Shown here: positions 53,715 to 64,000 of the stretch, piece after piece | Numbering within the stretch: the stretch's first letter is position 1 | How the letters are laid out: each line of letters begins with the position of its first letter | Source: Calditrichia bacterium | GTDB taxonomy: Bacteria > Calditrichota > Calditrichia > JAJRVZ01 | Assembly (NCBI GenBank): GCA_963777955.1 | Contig: CAVZSQ010000022.1 | Location: 64,001-128,000 of the forward strand | Direction: 5' to 3' | DNA length: 64,000 nt | The notes under the pieces: model-generated | Seen by the model: only the letters and a program-made list of their open reading frames with translations | Told to the model about the DNA's origin: nothing | Databases searched by the model: none | Made by a program: the position numbers and the translations under genes

Positions 53715-56414
53715 ATGAAAAAACATCAACTGTCTTTGTTGAGTGTATGTCTGATTGTCCTGTTTTTTCAGACTGCCATGGCACAGACGACCGGGAAAAT
53801 AGCCGGTACGGTTTATGATCAGAACAGCAGAGAGCCGGCGATCGGGGCCAATGTTTTCCTGGAGAACACGGCCCTGGGTACCACCGTCAGTATAGACGGC
53901 AGTTTTTTCATTATTAATGTTCCGCCGGGGACGTACACTATGATCGTGCAAATGATCGGTTATGAAACCGTCCGGATCGAAGACCTGCGTGTTTCGGTAA
54001 ACCGGACAGCGTCAGTGGAAACATTTTTAAAACCGGCAGTGGTCGAAGGTTCGGTAATCGTCGTGCGGGCGGAAAAAATTGCCACCAAAAAGGATCAGAC
54101 CAGCTCTATGCGTACGGTCTCTTCCGAACAGATGGAAATCCTGCCCGTCGAAAGTGTCGGACAGGTGGTGGCCATGCAGGCCGGGGTGGTCAACGGACAT
54201 TTCCGCGGCGGCCGCTACAATGAAGTTTCATACCTGGTTGACGGCATGCCGGTGGATGATAGTTTTAACCGCAGCGGAAAGATGGTCGAGCTGGAAACTA
54301 ATGCCGTTCAGGATCTGGAAGTTATCACCGGAACTTTTAATGCCGAGTACGGCCGGGCCATGAGCGGTATAGTAAATGCGGTGACCCGCGAAGGCGGGAA
54401 TAAAATTTCGGCCAGTGTTACGGCAGGCTTTGCCAATTACTTCACCTCCCATAAGGACATTTTTCTCGGTTTAAAAGATTCGCAGTTTGACCGGAATAAG
54501 GATTACAGCATCGATCTGAGCGGTCCAATCATCAGAGAAAAGTTGACCTTTTTCTCCAATATCCGTTATCAGGATAATAAAAATCATCTGAATGGAATTC
54601 AACGTTTCAATGTTGGCGACTTTAGTGATTTTTCGGAAGATAATCCGAATTTATGGATATCAGAACACAGCGGTGATAGTAAATATGTGCCGATGAATAA
54701 TTCCCTGAATCTTTCTTTTATGGGTAAACTGGCTTATAAAATGACAAATAATATAAAACTTTCGCTGTTATACACGCTCAATGATGACGAATGGCACGGT
54801 TACGATCATGCTTTCAAATATAATCCGGACGGCCGGGCGGCAGCCTATCGTAAAACGGATATGTTGTCTCTGCAACTCAATCATATGTTAAGCACCCGTG
54901 CTTTTTATGAATTCAAACTGTCTTATGTTGAAAATTATAATGGCTGGTATCTGTACGAAGATCCCCTGAATGCTGGTTACATACATGATGGGTATTTAAG
55001 AAGTAATGACCTGACGGGTTTTTATACCGGCGGCCAGCAGAAAGGGCACGCCGAGCGGACTATGACGGATATAAACGCCAAATTTGATTTAACCTGGCAG
55101 ATCAATAAGAGTCATAGTATAAAAACCGGCTGGCAATACATTAACCATGTAGTGGATAACCGCTGGGAAGATATCCGCAATCTTTATTATGGAACGGATG
55201 CTGAAGATGATCTGAGTTTATATGTCCCCATCGTTTATGCTGATTCGTCAGAATATTCAGATATTTACAAAGTGAAACCATATGAATTTGCCGCTTATCT
55301 GCAGGATAAAATGGAATATCAGGACCTGGTAATGAATCTGGGACTGCGTCTCGATTATTTCAATCCCAATACGGCCTATCCATCCGACCGCAGAAATCCG
55401 GCTAATCGGCTGTTGTATGCCGACAGTCTGAACCGTATGTCAACCTATCCGAAAGCGGACCCGCAGATTCAATTGAGCCCGCGTTTCGGCCTGGCCTACC
55501 AGTTAGGCCAAAAGGCCGTGCTGCATTTCAGTTACGGACACTTCTTTCAGATGCCGCCCATGGAAAACCTGTATCAGAATCATTCTTTTGATTTAGGTTC
55601 GGCCGATTATGCCACCACCATGGGAAATTCTCAGTTAAAGGCCCAGAAAACAGTTCAATATGAAATCGGTCTGTGGCAGGAAATAATCAAAGACATGGGC
55701 CTGGAAGTTTCCCTTTATTACCGCGATATCTACGACCTGTTGAGCACGAAATTCATCGCCACCTATAACCAGGTTGTTTACGGTCTGTATACCAATTTAG
55801 ATTACGGGAATGTGAAAGGACTGGAATTAAAATATGATTTCAGGGTGGGACCGGTCCCGATAAATATCAATTATACTCTGCAATATACACGCGGTAATTC
55901 AGATACCCCCCTGCAGAATTTTAACCGTGCCGGTAATAACGCCGATCCGGTTAGTGTACTGATCCCGATGAGCTGGGATCAGCGCCATACACTGAATGCC
56001 ACCGTGGGTTATTATCAGCGGAATTACGGTGCAACACTGACCGGTTATTATAATTCAGGTGCACCGTACACCTGGAGTTCCATTACCGAGAATATCCAGA
56101 CCTATATCAATTTACTACCCAATAATGACTATCGGCCCAGCCGTATTTCGCTGGATCTCAACGCCTATTATGATTTTGATATTTATAAAAATTTCAGGGG
56201 GCGCCTGAGCCTGCTGGTTTATAATATACTGGATCGCCTGAATGAAGAATCGGTGAATGGTCAAACTGGGCGGGCTTATACGGCAATTGTACAGGAAGTA
56301 AATCTGGCCGGCCACCGCAGCGACTTCAACACCTATTACGACCGGATTCAAAATCCAGCGATGTATTCATCACCCAGGATGATCAAACTCCTGATGAGTG
56401 TGTCTTTTAATTAA
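53715..56414 (+). CDS. TonB-dependent receptor, same subfamily as 28761-31690
   Basis: TTGKIAGTV, GHFRGGR, EVITGTFNAEYGRAMSGIVN, YLQDKMEY...NLGLRLD, SPRFG, WDQRHT, C-terminal aromatic residue. Confidence 0.92.
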   Translation: MKKHQLSLLSVCLIVLFFQTAMAQTTGKIAGTVYDQNSREPAIGANVFLENTALGTTVSIDGSFFIINVPPGTYTMIVQMIGYETVRIEDLRVSVNRTASVETFLKPAVVEGSVIVVRAEKIATKKDQTSSMRTVSSEQMEILPVESVGQVVAMQAGVVNGHFRGGRYNEVSYLVDGMPVDDSFNRSGKMVELETNAVQDLEVITGTFNAEYGRAMSGIVNAVTREGGNKISASVTAGFANYFTSHKDIFLGLKDSQFDRNKDYSIDLSGPIIREKLTFFSNIRYQDNKNHLNGIQRFNVGDFSDFSEDNPNLWISEHSGDSKYVPMNNSLNLSFMGKLAYKMTNNIKLSLLYTLNDDEWHGYDHAFKYNPDGRAAAYRKTDMLSLQLNHMLSTRAFYEFKLSYVENYNGWYLYEDPLNAGYIHDGYLRSNDLTGFYTGGQQKGHAERTMTDINAKFDLTWQINKSHSIKTGWQYINHVVDNRWEDIRNLYYGTDAEDDLSLYVPIVYADSSEYSDIYKVKPYEFAAYLQDKMEYQDLVMNLGLRLDYFNPNTAYPSDRRNPANRLLYADSLNRMSTYPKADPQIQLSPRFGLAYQLGQKAVLHFSYGHFFQMPPMENLYQNHSFDLGSADYATTMGNSQLKAQKTVQYEIGLWQEIIKDMGLEVSLYYRDIYDLLSTKFIATYNQVVYGLYTNLDYGNVKGLELKYDFRVGPVPININYTLQYTRGNSDTPLQNFNRAGNNADPVSVLIPMSWDQRHTLNATVGYYQRNYGATLTGYYNSGAPYTWSSITENIQTYINLLPNNDYRPSRISLDLNAYYDFDIYKNFRGRLSLLVYNILDRLNEESVNGQTGRAYTAIVQEVNLAGHRSDFNTYYDRIQNPAMYSSPRMIKLLMSVSFN

Positions 56415-56469
56415 ACGAACAGGGTATGCCGAAGAGTAGATATAAAAATATCAAAGGAGTTTTTAAAAT

Positions 56470-59400
56470 ATGAATCATAAACTGTGGATCTTTGTGTGGC
56501 TGCTGGCCTTACTGTTTGTTCTGCCCGCTCAGGTATGGGCCCAGGGCAGTCCCTATACCGGACCTGATGATCCTGCCGGCGACGATGCCGCCATCCGGGA
56601 AGGATACATGGACGGCAACCGCATTTATCTTTATTATCAGAATACCACTGAACTGGCCTATTGGATCAGCGGAGTAACCGATCCACTGTGGTCCCGCTGG
56701 CCTAATAATTTTGAAGGGGAGCGCATGATAGAAGGGGTAGGTCTGTTAATTGGGGCCAAGGTCTACGTGGTGGAAAATGATACCATACCGGTAACCAATC
56801 CGGTTGATATTCAAAATGGATATGTTATGATAGATGGGCAGCCCAGAACATATTGTACCCTTATATTATCTGCAAACCAGTTACCGGGAAGAAATGGATA
56901 CGGCACCCGGTGGTTTTCCAAACTGGAGTTTATACCCGGTCTTTGGTTATCTCAATGAAACCAGTGAATGCCCGGCCATCAGTGATGATGAAAATTCCTG
57001 GCCGGCAGTCGGCTGGCCATCGACCGGCGATGAATTGAAATGGCCCGGTGAATGGAACGGGCGCTTCGGACGCGGTATATTTAAAGCCGATCTGGAAACC
57101 TATTTTGTGGCCAACGATGCCCAGGATCAGGAGTATCTTGGCGCTGAAGACCTGACCAAATATTATCCCCGCCCGGGTATAAAAATCGGATATAAAAGAG
57201 CATCTACCATTCAGAATGGCCTGCCCTGGGGGGGTGTCGGTATACGGGTTTCTCAACGGGGTTTTCAATGGAATAATCCGCAGGCCCGCGATGCTATTTT
57301 CTGGGAATATTCCATTGCCAATATATCCGATTATGACCTGACCGAAGTTGCCTTTGGTTACTGGGTCGATAACGGAATCGGCGGAGATCTGGCTGATGAT
57401 GAACTCGGCTATTTTGACCGTGATATCGATATGGCCTATTCCTGGGATTATAACGGTATCGGTCGCGGCGGAATTAAAACCGGTACGATGGGTTTTGCTT
57501 ACCTGGAGAGTCCGGGACTGGGTTTCGATGGTGAGGACAATGATAATGACGGACTACTGGATGAAAGAAGAAATAATGACGCCGGAGTTTTAATCGGACC
57601 GACAGATGGGATAAACGATATTAATCGTTTTCTGGAAGTATACAAATTGAAATTGGAAGAGCTGCAGGACCACTTTCAGGGGGATGAAGATCAGGACTGG
57701 CAACATGGGACAGACGTGAATGGCAACGGTACTTATGCTATTAATATAGGCCAGGATTCGCCGCTGTGGGTTTTAGAGGCAGGTGAGAATGCCGGAGATG
57801 ATGTCGGTTTGGACGGTGTTGGTCCGACCGATTTGAATTATAACGGACCGGATGAAGGGGAAGGAAATGGCAAACCGGATTTCAGAGTCGGTACCGGCTG
57901 CGAACCCAATTTTAATCTGACCGATGTAACCGAATCAGACATGGTAGGCTTGACTTCATTCCGGCTTTTTCCTGTACCCAGTCATTCTTCCAGTGACCGC
58001 TGGTTCCGTGGTGACCAGTCGATGTGGGAACTGATTGGTACGGATACCACCCTGGAATATCTGGGCAATATTTCCAATTTGATAGAAACATTTGCTTCAG
58101 GCCCGTTTCCGTTATACCAGGGTGAAGAGGAACATATATCCATGTCGGAATTACATTCCTTCGATCCGCTGGAAGGATTACAGAACGACTATTCTGCTCC
58201 GGCCTTGTTCAGGTTGAAGGAGATTGTGCAGATTATCTATGAAAACGATTATCAGTTTGCCCGGCCGCCGGAAATGCCTACTTTATCAGCAACTGCCGGA
58301 GACGGGCAAGTTATCCTGACCTGGGACAACCGGGCCGATAAACTTACCCGGGAACCTTTATTGAATAATAAAAATGATTTTGAAGGTTATAAACTCTTCC
58401 GGGCTTCTGATAAATTCATGTCCGATGCCACACAGATTACCGATGGTTACGGTGACGCCAAATATTTAAAACCTCTGTTTCAATGCGATCTGAAAGACGG
58501 CATATCTTTCTTCACCGATTTCGGTATGATCGATGGGGTCGGTTATAACCTGGGTAATGAAACAGGCATCGTGCATCATTTTGTCGACAACAATGTCCAG
58601 AATGGCCGGACCTATTATTATGGTCTGATTGCCTATGATTATGGGATGCCGGATATGGGACCGGGTGTATCCCCTTCCGAGAATAATATTGTGATCCGGC
58701 TCGATGAAAAAGATAATATAATCAAACTCGGGAAAAATGTTGCCGTGGTAACACCGCATCAGGTTGCCGCAGGATATGTTCCTCCCGAAATCGAACAGGG
58801 AACCACGCAAAATGTTCTGGGAACCGGGAAGTTGGCTGCCGAGATCATGGCTAAAACAGATTTAAAAACCGATCACACCTATAAAGTAAAATTTTCCATC
58901 GACACGATATCGGCGGTCACCGGTGTCGAAAATGCGGTACTGTATACGAACAACGGATTAACGGTGTATGATGTAACCTCGGGATCGGATGTTGCGGTAT
59001 ACCATGAAGATTCCCTGAGTTTTTCTTATAATAACCTGAAGAAAAAAACTGAATATTTTTCAGCACCAGGGGATTCGCTTTCTTTCTGGACTCTGAAAAC
59101 TGAATCAGCATTAGCGACGGATGTATTTGATGGATTGCGTGTTACGCTGGATTCCCTGCTGGAACGTCCGGAGTATGATTTCAGTAAATCAGGCTGGAAA
59201 AAATGGCAGACTGCTCCGGCTGCGATCCGCGTTATTCCTTCGCTGCCCGATATCAGTTATTACCCCTGGGATTTTGACCTGATTTTCAGTGCTGATACGG
59301 CTGCCTACCGCGGTAAAGTATATTTTAAGAATTTATACGATGAGTCCTATCAGCCGGTAAGCCGCCGGGATATGTTATTCAGGCAGGCATTTAATTTCTA

Positions 59401-60013
59401 TATCATCAACTCCGTATTCGGTGATACTCTGGATCTGGTGGTTCATGATCAGAATGATAACGATACTCTCGATATTTTTGAGGATCGTATTCTGGCCGGA
59501 ACGCTGACTCCTGAAAGAAACTGGGGTGGAACTGTTTTTGCCATTGATTTCAAGTCGGTTCCGGACAGCAGCCAGTTGCCGCAACCCGGAGATGTATACT
59601 CCATGAGTTTTAAGCGGCCTTACTGGATTACCGATTCGATTTTATTTACGGTCAAACCGGAAGGTATTTTAAATACCGCAGAATTAAAAACCAGTATGGA
59701 TGAGATTAAAGTTGTACCTAATCCGTATGTGGCCACGAACACGATGGAAGAAGCACTGCGCAGTTCAGTGATGAACCAGCAGCGGAAAATAATGTTCACC
59801 CACATCCCGGCCAGATGCACGATCAAGATCTTCACCACCAGCGGTCAGCTGGTAAATACCCTTGAAGTGAATAACCCTGCAGAGAATGGCATAATGCACT
59901 GGGATCTGCTGACCAAAGAGGGGCTGGAAATTGCCGCCGGTATCTACATTTTTTATGTCAAATCAACCCAGACCGGGGAAGAAAAATTCGGCAAATTTGC
60001 AGTGGTTAAATAA
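56470..60013 (+). CDS. Large secreted TBDR-associated protein with Asp-rich loops and non-type-A CTD, frameshift near 56855
   Basis: Signal peptide; GIRVSQRGFQW...AIFWEYSIAN; DNDNDGLLDE; DFEGYKLFR; NGRTYYY...AYD; IKVVPNPY...IMFTHIPARCTIKIFTTSG...WDLLTKEGLEIAAGIY...GKFAVVK. Confidence 0.88.
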
Positions 60014-60062
60014 GTGGATTTTAAATATATGTTAAAATATCCTTTCAGGAAGGGTACTAAAT

Positions 60063-61121
60063 ATGAATTATAAAAAATTAATCATTTTCTTAATCATGGC
60101 TGTGACACTTCAAACTGCGTTGTATGGCCAAAAACCTCACCGCGTGGGTACAACTGCAGCCAACTTTTTGGAATACGGTTTCGGCGCTGCCGGTGCGGCC
60201 ATGGGTGATGCCTGCGTAGCCACAACCAACGATATCACGGCGATGTACTGGAATCCGGCCGGGATGGCTTTTATGGAGCAGAGCGAGGCCCAGATGGTCT
60301 ATCAGCCCTGGATCGTCGATATCAATACCTCATTCGCCGCGGCGGGCCTGGTAATTCCGTCTATCGGTACCATCGGCCTGGGCTTCATCAGCGTGGATTA
60401 CGGGGAAATGGATGTCACCACTGTTACCATGCAGGAAGGCACCGGCGAAACATTCTCGTCAAACGATTATGCGATCTCCCTGTCCTATGCCCGGCTATTG
60501 ACCGAGGGATTCGGGTTCGGAATTTCCGGCAAGTATATCGGATCCAAGATCTGGCACATGCAGGCAAACGCCCTGGCTGTGGATATGGGCGTGGTGGTCA
60601 GGACCTATTTCTTTTCCCGGAACAACGAACTGGAAAACGGTTTGCGCCTGGCCATGAGTATTTCCAATTACGGAACACGAATGAAGTACGATGGAATTGA
60701 TCTGGTGCAATCAATCGATATCGCGCCTGGTGAGGATGGTAATTTTGAATTTGTCGAGGGACAATACCGGCTGTCCGAATGGGAATTACCCCTGATCTTC
60801 AGAATCGGCGCATCCATGGTTCCCTACCATACCGAAAACCAAAGGTTAGTTGTGGCCGTTGATGCCCTGCATCCTAACAACAATGCCGAATCTGTCAATT
60901 TAGGTATGCAGTACGAATTGGATGTACCATCGACCGGTAAGTTTTTTCTGCGGGGCGGATACAAGGCGCTTTTTCTGCCGGATTCGGAATATGGACTCAG
61001 CCTGGGCGCAGGTATGGTCAAATACCTGATGAATAATCTGGCGTTGAAAATTGATTATGCCTATCGCGACCTGGGTCTGCTGGGTAAGGTGCACAGTTAT
61101 AGTGTCGGGTTTTTGTTCTGA
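60063..61121 (+). CDS. PorV/PorQ family outer-membrane barrel
   Basis: RVGTTAANFL...GAAGAAMG, AMYWNPAG, LSYARLLT, LPLIFRIG, HPNN, LRGGY, IDYAY, C-terminal F. Confidence 0.88.
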   Translation: MNYKKLIIFLIMAVTLQTALYGQKPHRVGTTAANFLEYGFGAAGAAMGDACVATTNDITAMYWNPAGMAFMEQSEAQMVYQPWIVDINTSFAAAGLVIPSIGTIGLGFISVDYGEMDVTTVTMQEGTGETFSSNDYAISLSYARLLTEGFGFGISGKYIGSKIWHMQANALAVDMGVVVRTYFFSRNNELENGLRLAMSISNYGTRMKYDGIDLVQSIDIAPGEDGNFEFVEGQYRLSEWELPLIFRIGASMVPYHTENQRLVVAVDALHPNNNAESVNLGMQYELDVPSTGKFFLRGGYKALFLPDSEYGLSLGAGMVKYLMNNLALKIDYAYRDLGLLGKVHSYSVGFLF

Positions 61122-61147
61122 GAAGCGGACGGGTGCAGAAGTTTTGA

Positions 61148-61222
61148 GGGTAAAAAGGTTAACAGGTTAAAAGGTTAAAAGGTTAACAGGTTAAAAGGTT
61201 AAAAGGAAAATAGGTAAATAGG
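61148..61222 (+). repeat. Octamer tandem repeat (AA[A/C]AGGTT)n
   Basis: AAAAGGTT AACAGGTT AAAAGGTT AAAAGGTT AACAGGTT AAAAGGTT plus degenerate flanking units. Confidence 0.85.
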
Positions 61223-61233
61223 AGATAGTTTCT

Positions 61234-62733
61234 ATCAGGCGATATATAGAATTATCTATCCTGGCGGTTCTGATAATTTTTTATTCCGGTTGTAAAAAGG
61301 AACATGCTGCTGAGGATAAGAATGAAGTTATTTTAGCACGGGTTGGGGATAAAACCATATCGGTGGATGAGTTTGTACGCCGGGCCGAATATACCATTCG
61401 CCCGGATTACTGCCAGGGCCAGAATTATATTCATAAAAAGATTGTGCTGAATTCACTGATTGCCGAGAAAATGCTGGCTATGGAAGCAGGATCCGATAAC
61501 GAACTAAGCCGCAATGAGGAATTTCAGAATTATTTACGCGGCCGGAAAGAACAGGCCATGCGGCAATGGTATTATTATCAGGAAGCGTACAATGAGGTGA
61601 CTCCCGATACCGCAGAAATTAAAAAGGAATTCGCTGTGGCCGGAAGAACCTATAAGATTTCCTATTTCACCCTGCCACTTAACAACTCTCAGGAAAAAAT
61701 GCGTGAACGGTTAAAACATGATGCCACGGCCTTTGAAACGGTATTCAAAGAAATCGCCGGAGCAGAGAACACCCTGCCGCAAAAAGAGATCGGCTATGAT
61801 AAACCTGAAGATGAACAGATCTATGCACAATTGTTTTTTAATCCTGTACGGCAGGGACAGCTAATCGGTCCGCTGGAAACGGCTGATGGTACACAACTGG
61901 TTCTGCGTGTGGACGGCTGGAGCGATGATCTGGCACTGTCCGGTCAGCAAATTCAGGAGCGCTGGCGTACGGTTAAAGAAAATGTCACCAATCGTAGGCC
62001 TGGACATCTATGAGCGCAAAGTGCTGGATATTATGAAGGGCAAAAAAATAGAATTCAACCGGGATGTTTTTTTTAAGCTGGCCGAAATTGTGGCAGCGGA
62101 TTATTACAAAACTGAAGAGGAGAAGAAACAGAGTTTCAATAAAAAATTCTGGAACGAAGACCGCGACGAGATGGTACTCGATGACCGGTCCAGTCAACTG
62201 GAATCGATCCGGGATCAGCAACTTTTTACTGTCGATGGACAGGCCTGGACCGTGGGGGCCTTTGAGCGGGAATTACAATCTCATCCACTGGTCTTCCGTC
62301 AAAGGCGCTTTCCGCGAAACCGGTTTGCCGAACAATTTAAACTGGCTATTGTGGACATGGTCAGGGATAAATACATCACGGCAGCGGCTTATCAAAAGGG
62401 TTACGATAAGGTTGGAGCGGTCGAGCGGAATTCCCGGATGTGGCAGGATAACCTGTTAGCCCTGTATCAAAAGCATACCTACGTGAATTCTCTGAAGACG
62501 CAGGCTAAAGACCAGCTGCAAATTATTACCGAAGAACTGAATCCTTATGTCCAGGGACTCTTTTTAAAAAATATAGCGATGATATAAAAATTGATGTAAA
62601 GAAATTTGAAGAAATCCAACTAACCGGTGTGGACATGTTTGTGATCCAGCGTAATGTGCCATTTCCGGTGGTAGTTCCGGGTTTCCCGCAGTTGACTACG
62701 CATGACCGGCTGGATTACGGACAAAAAATGTGA
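61234..62733 (+). CDS. SurA/PrsA-like chaperone lipoprotein, two frameshifts; start codon non-canonical or erroneous
   Basis: ...LIIFYSGC lipobox, ILARVGDKTISVDEF, LNSLIAEKMLA.EA; second half DKYITAAAYQKG. Confidence 0.6.
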
Positions 62734-62865
62734 TGACCCACTCCATTCCCCCTCCCTGGTCCCCGAGCGGAGTCGAGGGGATAAGGGAGGGGGGTCAAGA
62801 ATAACCCACCCCATACCCCTCCCTTTCAGCCAAAAGGCTGAAAGGGAGGGGCTAGGGGAGGGTCA
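62734..62865 (+). repeat. REP-like hairpin copy 5 (62802-62865) preceded by a variant unit (62734-62797)
   Basis: Copy 5 is identical to copy 4 except for the loop (AAAA); the variant keeps the CCCCTCCCT/AGGGAGGGG arms. Confidence 0.82.
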
Positions 62866-62900
62866 GTGAGAAAACATGAAATATTTCATTGGAGCATATC

Positions 62901-64000
62901 ATGAACAAAATTCATTTCTTTTTATTTGCAATTTTAATTCTGTCATTCATTTCAGGCTGCAGTAATAAGCCCATGATGCAAAATTACTCGAAAGCCACGA
63001 TCCTGCAGACCTCCCGGGCGGGGGATAATTTAAAGAACACAGGGACATTTGAGTTAAGTGCAGCAGGACAAAGCGATAATATCCTGGTCGAGATTTTACC
63101 CGATCAAAAATATCAGCAGCTGGTCGGTTTCGGAGGAGCGTTTACCGAATCATCAGCCCAGGTATTAAAGCAATTAGATCAGGTCAAACGGGATGAAGTG
63201 ATCAGGGCATACTTCAGCCCGGCCGGGGCGGCCTATTCCCTGACCCGCACCCATATCAACAGTTGTGATTTTTCCCTGAATAATTATGCCTATGACAATA
63301 CACCCGGGGATGTCGAGCTGAAGGATTTCAGCATCAAGGAGGATATGGATGATCTGATCCCTCTGATTAAAGACGCCCTGGCGGTTGAAAAGGCTGATTT
63401 TAAAATAATCGCTTCACCCTGGACCGCTCCGCCCTGGATGAAAGATAATAATAATTGGAATAACGGATCATTGAAACCAGAATACTATCCGGCCTGGGCT
63501 CTGTACTTTTCCAGGTACATTAAAGCCTATGAAAAAGAGGGCATTCCGATCTGGGCGGTCACTGTTGAGAATGAACCGGAGGGTAATGGCGGAAATTGGG
63601 AAAGTATGATCTACACCCCCCGGCAAATGGCCGACTTTATAAAAGATCATCTGGGTCCGCAATTTGTCAAAGACAGTATCAAATCTGAAATCCTGATTTT
63701 TGATCACAACAGAGACCATGTCAAGGAATGGGCCGAGCAGATACTCAGTGATGCTGCTGTGGCCAAGTATGTATGGGGCACAGCGGTGCACTGGTACAGC
63801 AGTACGAATAACTGGTACCCCGAAACGCTGAACGAAGTGCACCAGAAATTTCCGGATAAACATTTACTGCATACTGAATCCTGTATAGATACCGAAGTGC
63901 CGGTCTGGCAGGATGACGCCTGGTACTGGAAAAAAGAAGCCACTGATTGGGGCTATGACTGGGCACCGGAAGCAGATAAACCCCTTCATCCCAAATATGT
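62901..64000 (+). CDS. GH30 glycoside hydrolase lipoprotein (beta-1,6-glucanase/glucosylceramidase family), 3'-truncated by the window
   Basis: Own translation from ATG 62901 (GGAG RBS): ...FISGC, YQQLVGFGGAFTES, RTHINSCDFS, ASPWTAPPWMK, VENEP, FDHNR, VHWY, LHTESC. Confidence 0.92.
   Translation, partial: MNKIHFFLFAILILSFISGCSNKPMMQNYSKATILQTSRAGDNLKNTGTFELSAAGQSDNILVEILPDQKYQQLVGFGGAFTESSAQVLKQLDQVKRDEVIRAYFSPAGAAYSLTRTHINSCDFSLNNYAYDNTPGDVELKDFSIKEDMDDLIPLIKDALAVEKADFKIIASPWTAPPWMKDNNNWNNGSLKPEYYPAWALYFSRYIKAYEKEGIPIWAVTVENEPEGNGGNWESMIYTPRQMADFIKDHLGPQFVKDSIKSEILIFDHNRDHVKEWAEQILSDAAVAKYVWGTAVHWYSSTNNWYPETLNEVHQKFPDKHLLHTESCIDTEVPVWQDDAWYWKKEATDWGYDWAPEADKPLHPKY

Noticed and set aside
896..62733. 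Numerous frameshifted genes read as pseudogenes or programmed frameshifts
   Set aside because: Single-base indels are scattered through both genomes, including conserved bio genes, without in-frame nonsense decay; this pattern fits long-read consensus error.
13041..64000. Low-GC part as a genomic island inserted in an actinobacterium
   Set aside because: It encodes outer-membrane TBDR/PorV machinery unusable by a monoderm host, shows no integrase or att site, and genes are cut on both sides of the join.

Overview
The window joins two unrelated genomes at about 13040. Bases 1-13040 are very GC-rich actinobacterial DNA (Acidimicrobiia-like, inferred). They carry a cobalamin-binding HTH regulator heading an SDR / FAD-oxidoreductase / DUF1365 / cfa-like lipid-modification cluster, a membrane-tailed Swt1-like HEPN protein, bioA-bioF-bioD and a 5'-truncated ABC1 kinase. 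Bases 13041-64000 are much lower in GC and look FCB-like (Calditrichota/KSB1/Ignavibacteria-like, inferred), with many secreted proteins ending in NYPNPFN...KKMLLIK-type C-terminal domains. The main finding is two polysaccharide-utilisation-like loci, one pectin-linked (PL9) and one beta-glucan-linked (GH16, GH5+CBM6, GH16+malectin, CBM9-like, GH30). Each is built on the same SusD-less triad: a non-SusC TonB-dependent receptor, a large secreted protein with a distinct C-terminal domain class, and a dedicated PorV-like barrel. The beta-glucan locus is preceded by a solute-binding protein / atypical histidine kinase / sigma54 activator trio and a sigma54-like promoter. Three families of short palindromic intergenic repeats also occur. 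Many genes in both halves are split by single-base frameshifts, most likely long-read indel errors. All calls come from reading motifs by eye; no searches were run.
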